A DNA stretch of 64,000 nt, taken from Chrysomallon squamiferum. Taxonomy: Eukaryota; Animalia; Mollusca. Of the stretch, positions 52,301 to 64,000 are shown piece by piece (positions within the stretch are counted from its first letter, which is position 1; the number at the start of each line of letters is the position of its first letter). The notes beneath the pieces are model-generated. The model was not told where the DNA came from. It did not search any database and was given only the letters and a program-made list of their open reading frames with translations. Where the stretch lies: the NCBI GenBank assembly GCA_012295275.1, contig CM022671.1, forward strand, positions 17,174,001 to 17,238,000, read 5' to 3'. A program made the position numbers and the translations under genes.

Positions 52301-54747
52301 GTGTTTCAAAGGTTTCTAGTTATAAGTAGAAAAATAGTTTATGATATTTGCTTGTAATATGAACTCGTTTTAGAATGTGAAGGTTCCACAGTTTAAAAAT
52401 TAGTTGTTATAATTTGATACTGAAACAAGTGTACTGTAAAAAATATTTATTGATTACCTGATTCTTCGTCGCTGCTGGCAGAGATGATGCGAATTCGTTT
52501 TGCTTGATTTTTTGTAGCACGACTTGGCAGAGTTTTCTTCTTTTTCACCGAGTTAATCTTTTCATCCTTCTGTAAGACATAAGCATTCAATGTAAATAGA
52601 AAAAACAAAATGTAAATGTAATAAATGATGTGAAATTAGCAGAATATGTATCCTCATGAACAAATAAATCAATAACTGTAAATTACAAAACAACAAACCA
52701 AAGTTTTGTTATTTTCTGTATCTATCTCTGTAGATTTGTTCTCTTTCCTGCAGTTTTCATTTTCATCCATTTCATCATCAAATATGTCGGCTGTAAAATA
52801 CACACATACATACTTATATACATACATATACACATATATAATAAACATATACAATTTCCCCTGCATTACAATGTAAACTAGTACACTACATACTTGAAAA
52901 TTGTAAGAAAAAATAGAATATATTTCAGAATTATAATATGAAGCAGCATATATATTAAAGTATCAAACAGTTAAAAATTAATTTAAAACAAAATTCCTGA
53001 CATGCAGATATTTTATGAAGTTCTTCATAATGTGAAGTGTTCATTTCTTTATCTTAAAATGACATGTTTTTATCAAAGTCAAGCAGCAAAGAATAGTGGA
53101 AGAAAAATGAATAAAAACAGTTTCAAAATTTTGAAGAATTTCTGAATAATTCATTATCTAGACCATAGCACATTTATACAGACTAAATAACAAAAAAAAA
53201 AACAACAACAACATTCATTTTGGTAAATGAAAATTACAGAGAAATTGGCCAGAACTGATTAGTAAGTATATTTTTTTTTTTTTTTTTTAAAACAGCTCAC
53301 GATCAAAATCCATTGGTTCTGCATTTTCCTCCTCACTTTCCTCACTCTCCGAGGGTTGAAGATTAACAATGAGAGATTCTCTTTCTGCAGCAGCCATTTT
53401 CATTGCTTTGTCTGCTTCGAGGACTCCATTGTAACACTGCGAGTCATACGAATGATACATTCCACCTCGCTGATATTCCTTGTCATCTGAACCTTTGAAC
53501 GGTTTAACATATCTAGAAGAAGAAAACCTGAATTTTTATCTATGTCTGAGCAACAGAATAAAAGACATTTTGTACAAATATATAAGATATTAAGTACACA
53601 TAGAGTAATTTTTAAAATATCAGAGGAAATATCATTCAACTAAATTTTTTTTAAAAAATATTCAGAGGTTAATTATGAATAAGTAACCTTTTGCTGGTAA
53701 AATATAGTCTGACAATATGAAACAAACTCCATTGTAAATAAGAGAATCAAACTAAGATTCTAGTTTTAATATGATAGGTTGTTTTTCTAACAATTAATCA
53801 TGATAACAGTGTCTTACTTCATTTTGATCCAGGCTCTTGTAGGTGGGTCATCAAAGAATTGGACATGTGCCTGTGGAGTCTTCCCTCCTTTGAAGAATTT
53901 GTTTTCTGTCGGGTGGTTGCACACAATAGCTGGCCACCAAGGATAGCCATCAAGTTTTGTCCAAACCACATCATATAGGTCTACGTCTGGAACTGAGCAA
54001 TATCATGAATATATAAAATTATTATACAAAAATGTTGAGATTATCACAACAGTATTAAGTTTAAGCTCAGAATCTTATTCCATTATGAATTAAAATATCA
54101 AAGAAAAACAAACATATTAGTTATTACATAACTCTTATTGATTTTTTTGTTTTAATAACATCATTCTGTAAATGCTATAAGTTTGTATAACTTGTATAAA
54201 TATAAATACTTGAAAATAAAATCTCACTCAGTCACTGACATTACATCAGCGATTTAATCAGTTTTACATTGATGAAGGAGCTTACTTCTTTTCTCTTGCT
54301 AATAGTGAAATGGGACGGGGGTCTATTCTCTATAATAAAGAATTTATGAAAATATTTAAACCGGTAGTAAATGAGTAATGTACTAATATGAGTGGTAAGG
54401 AAAGGAGAAATAGAAATATCATAGATGACTAAGATCTTAAAGATCAGTTAAGATAAACAGTATTATTTGATAGTGTATATTTAAAGAAATAAACTGTACG
54501 ATTTTTAACTGGTGTCTGTCAGCTATTAACAATCCTGACAAATCAGTTCACATACCATTATTATGGTTATCAGATGTTTACCTGTAATACTGTCTTTTGA
54601 CTTGTTGGGTACACTTTTTGATTTGCCATTATTTGGTGATCTGCGAGGTGACAGTACTTTGTTTGAGTCTTTATTATCAGGTTTTGTCTTGTTGGGTGTT
54701 TTGGAAAAAAAAGTAAATAAACTTTGTTGTTTTCCTTGTTTTGGCAT
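36570..54747 (-). CDS. MSH6: DNA mismatch repair protein MSH6 (MutS-alpha subunit), ~1352 aa, 35 coding exons
   Basis: Exons in transcript order: 54747-54582, 53992-53818, 53512-53301, 52790-52699, 52569-52458, 52279-52152, 51560-51399, 50964-50879, 50222-50135, 49755-49696, 49336-49262, 48559-48424, 47950-47811, 47472-47404, 47048-46977, 46455-46248, 45962-45893, 45409-45280, 45053-44945, 44568-44406, 43955-43875, 43438-43343, 42987-42903, 42734-42680, 42308-42208, 41633-41404, 40996-40864, 40371-40273, 39837-39715, 39104-39017, 38566-38477, 38006-37852, 37642-37508, 37086-37019, 36636-36570. All junctions are GT-AG with compatible phases (sum 4059 nt). Motifs: PIP box [12 protein letters not shown] (GYPWWPA), [22 protein letters not shown], Walker [18 protein letters not shown], Walker [28 protein letters not shown]. 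Confidence 0.97.
45434..45545. repeat. ~30-35 bp tandem repeat (3 copies) next to an MSH6 acceptor
   Basis: 'tattaccttcaaataaaa(c/t)acattaactgag' is repeated. Confidence 0.8.
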
Positions 54748-54784
54748 CGCTACCACTACATCTAAAAATTCTATGAACACTGCA

Positions 54785-54830
54785 AAAGATCTCCCGCGTT
54801 TTTTTTACTAGTTTCCGGTTCCGTGTTTGC
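54785..54830 (-). promoter_or_regulatory. Probable MSH6 core promoter with E2F-like and ETS-like motifs
   Basis: CTCCCGCG at 54791-54798 (E2F-like) and TTCCGG at 54813-54818 (ETS core on the minus strand), within ~70 bp of the ATG. E2F control of mismatch-repair genes is established in animals; function here is inference. Confidence 0.45.
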
Positions 54831-55059
54831 CATAAATTTGTCTGTATTATGTTTCCGCTAAAAATGAGAAAGCACTAATATGATTTTTAGCTGACATTTA
54901 TTTATTTATAATTTTTAATTTGTGTTGATACTTTTGATGTTTATTTTCTTCCTAATAAATAAATAAATAAATAAATAAATAAATACAATGTGGAAATTTG
55001 CGACAACACTTATTAGTTTCCTATGACAACAATTTTCGTTGGCCTTCTGTTTTAAACTA

Positions 55060-55313
55060 TAAATAAGACGTCAACAAATAGATGACGTCATATGGCAACT
55101 AAAAATCCACAGTGGCGGTTCAAGATGGGCAAAGTGTCATCACTGAAGCTACATTTGTTTCGAGGTAATAATTTATTTTATAAATAATCTAAAATAAAAA
55201 TAATTTTCCATAAAATGTTAAAAAGAAAATCAAATAACAACAGATGTAGTGTAACTTTCATTCTTATCTAGTTTTTCACGAAACACTTCGGAATATTACG
55301 TTTTTTGTTGTTG

Positions 55314-55393
<80 letters not shown>

Positions 55394-56500
55394 ACTTTAT
55401 TTTTTTTATCAGTTAAATATATATTATATTATATTATATTATATATTTATTTAATTTGGATGAGTTTATATATAAAAATAAATCGGACGGAGAATTGTGA
55501 TTGCTGGCAATAGGGAAGGCGACAGTGTATTCGGAATGTCAAAATCAGGTATTCATTTTTAAATTAAGACAAACGGTTTTTTGCATTTTCTTTTCTGATG
55601 GTTACTTCATTGATTACCGAGCCGAAAATTAACATCACCAGCGTTTCGTGAATATAAGTATTATTTTTAATTTAGAGAGAAAGATAATTCATGAATATTA
55701 CTCACATTTTACAAATTAAAATAAAACTAGAATAATAAAATAATTGCCGATAAACACGCAAGTAAGTATACAAATAACAAATAACTGACTTACAAAACAT
55801 ACTAAATTACTTACTAGTTACTAAATAAATAAATAAACAATGCTTGTTTATTTACATATTACATAAAAGATCCATTTATTATTAATACACTTTATAACAG
55901 TCCCAGTATATACTTAGAATATCCGAAGCGTTTTGTGCTGTTTAAAACTGATTAAAACAAAACTGTAACCGCGTTTGACACTTAGCCTTAATCGTTACTG
56001 TGGGTTAGAATAAGGTTCAAGATTGAATTTCATGTTTTCGAAATCGGTATCTAGGAATCGCTGTTCATCAAATTTGGTATCGATATTTTATCATATTATT
56101 TATTCCGATCGCCTATTACTTTGGTGAACCGTCTAAATTTGCGTCTAAATTATTATTATTTTTTAAATTATATTTATAATTATATTTAGACTGACGCTTC
56201 AAAAATATAGTAACTGTATACGATACCAGAAATTATTGTTAGTAGATGACATATAACAGTAAATAAATAAATAGATAATAAATAGGTAAAGGAAATGTAA
56301 AGAAATAAAAGAAACTATATAATACAATCAATAATTAAAATAAAATAAAACACTTATAAATTAATAGGAAGTACATACCATTAGAATAAGAACAACAGCA
56401 GCAGCAGCAGCAGCAACAACAACAACAACAACAACAATAATATGAAAAACACTAATAGTGATTACAGTAGTAGTAGTAGTAGTAGTAGTAGTAGGTGCAG
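55060..56500 (+). repeat. Copy 1 of a ~1.3-1.4 kb local segmental duplication
   Basis: Colinear with 59255-60540 (e.g. 'aaatagatgacgtca', 'ggcggttcaaga', 'tttttcacgaaacacttcg'), with a near-identical core 55890-56230. Confidence 0.92.
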
Positions 56501-56633
56501 TAACAGTAACAGCTGTAGCGGTAGTAGTTATAAAAAAATAGTAAGAGTGTACCATGTGAAAAATGATTAGTAGTAGAAGACACAACACTAACCATAAATA
56601 AATTACCAAAAATACATGAAGGAATCTTAAAGA

Positions 56634-56703
<70 letters not shown>

Positions 56704-57200
56704 GTAACAACAACAACAATAACTGTAACAAACCAATAATTACAATAAAATAAATAAACATTTACAAATCAAAAACAAATACGTTACTTGAAAGTAAGAA
56801 TAAACAAAACACAAACATCGTCGTCGTCGTCAACAACAACCACCTCAACAACAATAATAACAATGAAGAATATCAGTAATGATAAAACTAGAAGCAGTTG
56901 TAGTAGCGGCAGTAGCAATAGTAGTAGAAGTAGTAGTAGTAGCAGTAGCAATAGTAGTAGTAGTAATACTAGTAGTAATAGCTGTAGCAGTAGTAGTGAT
57001 GACAACAACAACAGCAACAGCAACAGTAACAGTTATAATAAATAATAACAGGATAATAAGAGTAATAAAAGAAGTAGAAGCAGAATAGTACGTGTAATAA
57101 GTTAGAATGGGGCTAGTTGTAGAATATTATTAATAGGAGTGAAAATAAAACTATAAATATAAAGACAAATAGCGATCATACTGGTAATAGTAAAAACGAA

Positions 57201-57253
<53 letters not shown>

Positions 57254-57606
57254 GAAGAAAAACAAGAATAGTAGTAGTAATGTTGTTTCTAGTAGTAGCT
57301 ATGATGAAAATAATACTATGATGAAAAAGAAAAGTAGTCATATATAAAGTTAGAAGAAGAATGGTGTTATGGTATCTAAAATAATATTAATAATATGAAG
57401 AAGAGAGAAAGAAGAATAGTGATAGTAGTAGTAGTAGTGATATTAATAAGAAAAGCATTGCGAAGAAGAAGAAGAAGAAAGTGATATTAGCAGTAGATAT
57501 TATTGTTGTTGTTGTTATTATTATTATTAATGTAGTAGTAGCTTCAGAAGTAATAAAGTAACAGTGATGACCTTAATAGTAGCAATAGTTGTTGTAGTAG
57601 TTACAA

Positions 57607-57647
<41 letters not shown>

Positions 57648-57664
57648 GTAATAATAGTAGTAGT

Positions 57665-57708
<44 letters not shown>

Positions 57709-58351
57709 ATAATAATAAGATGAAAGAAGAACCATGTTAGTAGTGGTACTGGTTGCAGTGGTAGAAGCAATGGTGGTAATATTGCTAACAGAAACATCAC
57801 AAAGAAGAAGGAGAAAAGATTATTATAATAGTAGCCATATTATTAGTAGTATTATTATTATCATTATCATCATCACATCATCATCATAATTTTATTATTA
57901 ATGTAACAGTAGCAGTAATAGTAGTAGAAATAAGAGTAGCAACTGCAGAAGTAAAAATAATAATCTGAAGAAGAAGAATGATCATTGTAGTAGTAGTAGA
58001 AATGATAATAATATGAAGAAGAAGGACTAACATTTTAAGGTAGCAGCGTAGAGAATAATAGTAAAAAGCAAGAATAGTAGTTATAATAATTTTCGAAGAA
58101 GAAGCACGGTGATAATCTTGGAATAACACAGACATGAGTGTAAATAAAATTAATAATATGAAAAAGATCATAGTAGAAGGAATATAATTTAAAATAATAA
58201 TAAGAAGAAGAACGAGAATAACTGATGTAATAATAGCGCTTGTGACAGTAGTAGTAGTAGTAGTAGTAGTAGTAGAAGCAGCAGTTGAGATATGAATAAT
58301 AAATAAAAAAATCATGATGTAAAATAAAAGACAAATTATTAGAGTAGTAGC

Positions 58352-58411
<60 letters not shown>

Positions 58412-60970
58412 GTTGTTGTTGTTGCTGTTGTTGTTGTTGATGATGAGTTTTTGTTGTTGTTCTGGTGGTTGTTATTCACTTTAAATTATATCTTAATCAA
58501 TCAGTAACATGATTCCCTTATAGGCTTATCCAGATTATATTCACCGCTAACATGATATCACCTTTTTAACAATTCCTGATCTGTCCATTATCAAAATAAA
58601 AATTAAAAAAAAATAAAAAAAGAAGATATATATATTCCTCCTTAGGCGGTGATCAGAATCTTATTTGATATAACTTGATAGCTTTATGGTCAATTTAGAA
58701 AGCAAACGAGCTTTTAAAAACTCAATTTACAGTGTAATGAGAAATCAGAAAGAGTTCTCTTCCAGAATCTTGGCTGAACATAAATAAACAATTCAAGTTT
58801 CCTCTAAATACTTTATTGAATCTTCTGTTTTGAAATAATATGTTATTTAAATAATACAGATATATAAGAACAAAAATGAAGAAATATTAGAACAAAAATG
58901 GAGATATATATTTATGCGATAGTTTTGATTCATGGGAGTAAATCAACTAAGCAATTAACAGCTAATGTTTTCAGATCTACTCGGATTTCGCACTTAGGTT
59001 AAACTTAGGTTAAATGACGGTTGCAAAAAGTATTTGATTTTGATATATGTATTAGCATTCAGTCTCAGTTATCAGAGAATTTATGAAGTCGCATTAGAAA
59101 AAAACAAAACAAAAAAAAAAAGGAATCCAAATCTATAAATAAATAAATAAACAAAAAGTAATAATCATAATAATAATAATAATGAAAAAAATTAGCGACA
59201 ATATTAATTATGTTCCGAAGTTGTTAGTTTTTGTTTGTTTTCGGTTTTACATCGTAAATAAGACGTAAACAAATAGATGACGTCATCTGACAACCACAAT
59301 GGCGGTTCAAGAGGGGCAAAGTGTCATCAGCGAAGATTTATGTGTTGCAAGGTAATAATATACTATATAATTAATTTAAGACCAAAATTAATTTTCATAA
59401 AATGTTAAAAAAACAACAAAAAAAACAATCGAATAACAAAGGATTGATAAAATTTAGTTTTTCACGAAACACTTCGATGACGTTATTTATTTTATTTTAT
59501 TTTAATTTTATTTTACTGAATGTAAATTAAATTTAATTAATAATTTATTTATTTTGTTAGTTAGTTATATTATTTATATATATCGGTATATTACACTGTA
59601 ACGGAGAATTATAACATTGGCGATGGCGAAGACGAGTTCAGTATTTCAAAAGTCAGACATTATTTTTTCCATCTTCCGGGTAGAAAATTAACATAACCAG
59701 CGATATTTCAACAATTTCGGGAAATAAGGTAAGTAAATATGAACATTAATATCAGGTTAGAGAATTCATAAATCTTTTTGTAATATAAAATAAAAGTATA
59801 ATAAAATAAGTGACAATAGACACGTATGTAAGTATGTAAGTTAGAAAATAGCTAATAACCAGCAAAAACTAATTACTAAATTAATAAGTAAAAAAGCTTA
59901 GTTATTTACATATTTAATAAAAGAACAATGTTTTATTAATACACTTATTTATAACAGTCCCAGTATATACTTGGAATATCCGAAGCGTTTTGTGCTTTTC
60001 AAAACTGATTAAAACAAAACTGTAACCGCGTTTGACACTTAGCCTTAATCGTTACTGTGGGTTAGAATAAGGTTCAAGATCGAATTTCATGTTTTCGAAA
60101 TCGGTATCTAGGGATCGCTGTTCATCAAATTTGGTATTGATATTTTATCATATTATTTATTTCGATCGCTATTACTTTGGTGAACCGTCTAAATTTGCGT
60201 CTAAATTTTGTTTTTGTTTTGTTTTTTTGTTATATTTATAATTATATTTAGACCGACGCTTCAAAAATTTAGTAACAGTATACGATACAAAAAGTGAATG
60301 ATAGTTAATAAATAAATAAATAAATAAAAATAGGTAAAGGAAATTTAAAGAAATAAAACACACTAAATAATGAAATCAATAATTAAAAATAAACAAAAAA
60401 AACCTTATGAATTAAAAAGAAGTATATAACATCAGGATAACAAAAAAATAACAACAAAAAAACACAATAAACAAACAAAAATAATATCAGCAACAACAAC
60501 AACAACAACAATAATATGAAAAACACCAGTAGTGACTAAAGTAGTAGTTAGTATAGTTATAGCAGGAATAAGTAATAGCTGTAAAAGTTATAATAACACA
60601 GAACAGTAAAAAAAAAATTGTACATCACAACACAGTGATAACAACAACAACTACATTAATAACAATAATATTAAGAAGAAGAAAAAGAAGAAAAGAAGTA
60701 GAAAAAGTAGTATAATAGTAATAATGCTAGAAATAGTAATAGTAGTAGTAGTAGTAGTAGTAGTGATGAAAATATTAATACTATGAAGAAGAAGAAGAAG
60801 AGTAGTTATATATAACGTTAGAAGAAACTTTTTATTAATATTATGAAGAAGAAAGAAAGAAGAATACTAGTAGCACTGGTAGTAGTAATAAGAGCATGAG
60901 CAGTGATAATAATAACAAAAACATCTTGAAGAAGAAAAGATATAACAGCACTAACCATATTATTATTATA

Positions 60971-61014
<44 letters not shown>

Positions 61015-61746
61015 ATTTGTCTCTATCACGACATTTATAATAATAATAATAATAAGAGTAATAATAATAGCGTTGAGAACAATAAAATAGTGGGAATTTT
61101 AGTACTAATTGTATTAGTATGAAGAAGAAAAGTTGTTATGATAATATTAGAAGAAGAATCTTGATTTTAGCAGTAATAATTATAAAAGCATCGAATATTA
61201 TATTAATAATATAAAGAAGAAAGAAATAAGTTTAATGATAGTAGTAGTAATAATAGTATCAAGAAGAAAAAGAGTAATAGTCGTAATAATATTAGAAGAA
61301 GAATAGTGATAGTGGTAGAATAATACAAACAGTAGAGAGAATTGTACTTATAATATGAGGAAGAAAAAGACTAGCGATTATACTGGTACTAGTAGAAACG
61401 AAAATAATGATAATGATAATATGAAGAAAAAGAAGAAAATTAGTGGTAGTAGTAGTAATTTTAGTAGTAGTGATGAAAATAAGAATACTATGAAGAAAAG
61501 GTAGAAGAGTAATCACATGTAATACTAGTGATAAAGATAATGCTATGAAGTAGAAGATAACCAGTCATATATATAATTTTAGAAGAAGAATTGTTATAGT
61601 AGCAGCAATAGTAATAATAGTAGCGAAAACTGTATTAATAATATGAAGAAGAAAGAGTAATAGTAGTAGTAGTAGTAGTAGCAGTAGTAGTTGTGAAATT
61701 AATAATTAAATATCATGAAGAAGAATAGACAAAAGAGCAATAGCCA

Positions 61747-61782
<36 letters not shown>

Positions 61783-62417
61783 AGTGATAGCGGCAAATTT
61801 AGTAGTAGCGCTAATAGTAGTAATAGCAGTAACAGCAGCAGCAGTGGTAGCGAAAATAATAGTAAAAATATTTTCAAGAAGAAGAAGACATAAGGACACT
61901 ACCCATATTATTATTATTAGTAGTAGTAGTACTAGTAGTAGTCGTAGTAGTAGTACAGTAGTAATGTAGTTGTAGCGGCAGACTTAGTAGTGGTAGCAGT
62001 AGTAGTGGTGGTAGCAGTACTAGTATTAAAAGGAGTGGTAGCTGTTGTAGTGCTTCGAGTAATAAATCGAAGAAGAAGAAGAAGAATGTTCATAGTACTA
62101 GAAGAGCGAAAATTATATTAATAATATGAAGAAGAAAGAAAGAAGAATATTGATAATAGTAGCGCTATAGTAGCAGTACCAGTTGTAGGGCAATTAATAA
62201 CCAAAACATCATGGACCAGGAGAAAAAAACCCATAAGAGCACTAGCTATATTATTGTTGTTGTTGTTGTTATTATTATTATTATTATTATTAATGTAGTG
62301 GCAGCGGCAAACTTAGTAATAGCAGCGGTAGTAGTAGGAATAGTAGCTGTTGAAGTGCTAAGAATAACAATCTGAAAAAGAATAGTAACAGTATACAGTA
62401 CCAGAAGTGAATGGTAG

Positions 62418-62452
<35 letters not shown>

Positions 62453-63562
62453 AAGTAGGTAAAGGAAATTTAAAGAAATAAAACACACTAAATAATGCAA
62501 TCAATAATTAAAATAAAATAAAAAAACTTATGAATTAAAAAGAAGTATATAACATCAGAATAACAAAAAAACCAACAACCAAGCATTAGTAATGGAGGTA
62601 GTAGCAGTAGTAGTAGTAGAGATGATGATAATAATAATATGAAGAAGAAGGAGAAATTTCATATATAATGTTTCAAGAGGAGGAATCGTGATAGTATTTG
62701 CAACGGCAATAACAGTAGCAAAAATTGTATTAATATTATGAAGAAGAAAGGAAGAAGAAAGAATAGTGATAGTACTAGCACTAGTAATTGTAGTAGCAGC
62801 ATTAGAAGTGATATTAGTGACAAAATCATCATGAAGAAGAAGAAAATCATAAGAGTAGTAATGATATTATTATTATTATTACTAATGGTGCTGATAGCTG
62901 AGGACGTAGTAGTAGTAATAGTAATTATAGTAGTAGTCGTAGTAGTAGATGTGGTAGTGCTATGTATAATAATTTGATGAAGAAGAAGAATGATCTTAGT
63001 AGGAATAGTATAATAATAGTAGCGAAAATTATATTAATTTTATGAAGAAGAAAGAAATAAGAATATTCATAGTAGAAGCACTATCAGCAGCAGTAGTAGA
63101 AAAATTAATAAGAGAAAAATCATGAAAAAGAGACATAAGAACACATATACTGTTATTGTTGTTGTTATTATTATTAATATTATTATTATTAATGTAGTGG
63201 TAGCAATGGCAGTAGTAGTAGTAGTAGTACTAATAGGAATAGCAGTTAAGAATAGTAATATAACGAAGAAGAAGGATTTTCATCGTAGTAGTAGTAGTAA
63301 GAGTAGTTGAAATGATAATAATAATATGAAGAAGAAAGAGAATAATGGTAATAGTATTAATTGTAGTGGCAGTAGTAGTAGTGGTGGTGGTGGTGGTGGT
63401 AGTGGTGAAGAGTAGTGGTAGTAGTATGTAGAAGATAGTGTAATAGTCAATAATATTAGCAGAAGAAGATAGATAATGGTCGTAGAATAATATGAAGAAC
63501 AAGAATAGTAGTATCTATTTTGATAAAAAAGAATAATAATTATAGTAATGATAATAATTATT

Positions 63563-63595
<33 letters not shown>

Positions 63596-63940
63596 ACAAC
63601 AACAACAACAATAATATGACTAGTTAGATGAAGAATCGTGACAGTAATAGTAATAGGGATAGTTGTGGTGAAAATATTACTAATAAGATGAAGAAGAAGA
63701 AAAGAATAGTGAAGTGGTGTAATTGTACCAAATAGTAGTAGTCGTCCTAGTAGTAGTAATAGTAGCAGTAGTAGTAATAGTAGTAGTAGTAGTAATAGTA
63801 GTAGTAGTAGTAGTAATAGTAGCAGTAGTAGTAATAGTAGTAGTAGTAGTAGTAATAGTAGTAGTATTATTATTATTAGTAGTAGTAGTAATAAGTAGTA
63901 GTAAATAATAAGAAGAAGAATATTGATTATAGTAGTAGTA

Positions 63941-63978
<38 letters not shown>

Positions 63979-64000
63979 TAATAATAATAATAATAGAAGA
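56380..64000. repeat. Purine-biased low-complexity mosaic of AGT/AAT/AAG/AAC trinucleotide runs (interrupted at ~58470-60400)
   Basis: Directly visible. Recurrent longer motif 'taataatatgaagaagaa' with inverted (TTA)n/(TTG)n blocks. Confidence 0.9.
59255..60540 (+). repeat. Copy 2 of the local segmental duplication (a partial third copy lies at ~62380-62570)
   Basis: Colinear with 55060-56500; core 59950-60290 differs from copy 1 at only scattered positions. Confidence 0.92.

Noticed and set aside
54286-54329. Possible extra MSH6 exon in intron 1 (donor-like GTAAG)
   Set aside because: 44 nt breaks the frame and the 42-nt alternative contains a stop; exons 1 and 2 already join in phase.
55953-56100. 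Apparent 3-nt periodicity of differences between duplicate copies, suggesting a longer coding exon
   Set aside because: Both the plus frame and the matching minus frame contain stops beyond 55953.
56361-63908. Many 60-140 aa ORFs rich in I/L/V/T/S/Y
   Set aside because: Translations of trinucleotide microsatellites; no splice or domain support.

Overview
AT-rich, microsatellite-rich, intron-containing animal genomic DNA (invertebrate, probably a mollusc or other lophotrochozoan; the taxon is inference). Four protein-coding genes can be reconstructed by hand. (1) A nucleotide-diphospho-sugar (GT77-like) glycosyltransferase with a single coding exon on the minus strand (4451-5491). (2) A melatonin-receptor-like class A GPCR with two coding exons (+, 9835-13907). 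(3) An 8-exon anion-selective Cys-loop ligand-gated channel of the glycine-receptor/GluCl type (+, 23363-33510), whose exon 4 carries one extra base that breaks the frame. (4) A complete 35-exon MSH6 (-, 36570-54747, about 1352 aa, with PIP box, PWWP, Phe-X-Glu and Walker A/B). Mobile DNA comprises a decayed DD34E Tc1 transposon (20436-21847) and a MITE-like element just behind the channel stop codon (33574-34285). Upstream of MSH6 is a ~1.4-kb block present twice (~55060-56500 and ~59255-60540) that carries CRE and YY1-like motifs and a possible spliced micro-ORF, embedded in a purine-biased trinucleotide mosaic running to the window end. Nearly all other ORFs in the supplied track are microsatellite or shadow-frame artefacts. 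I see no evidence for a wholly new biological system. The best leads are the channel frameshift, candidate alternative N-terminal exons of the channel, tandem duplications of splice junctions, and the duplicated promoter/micro-ORF block.
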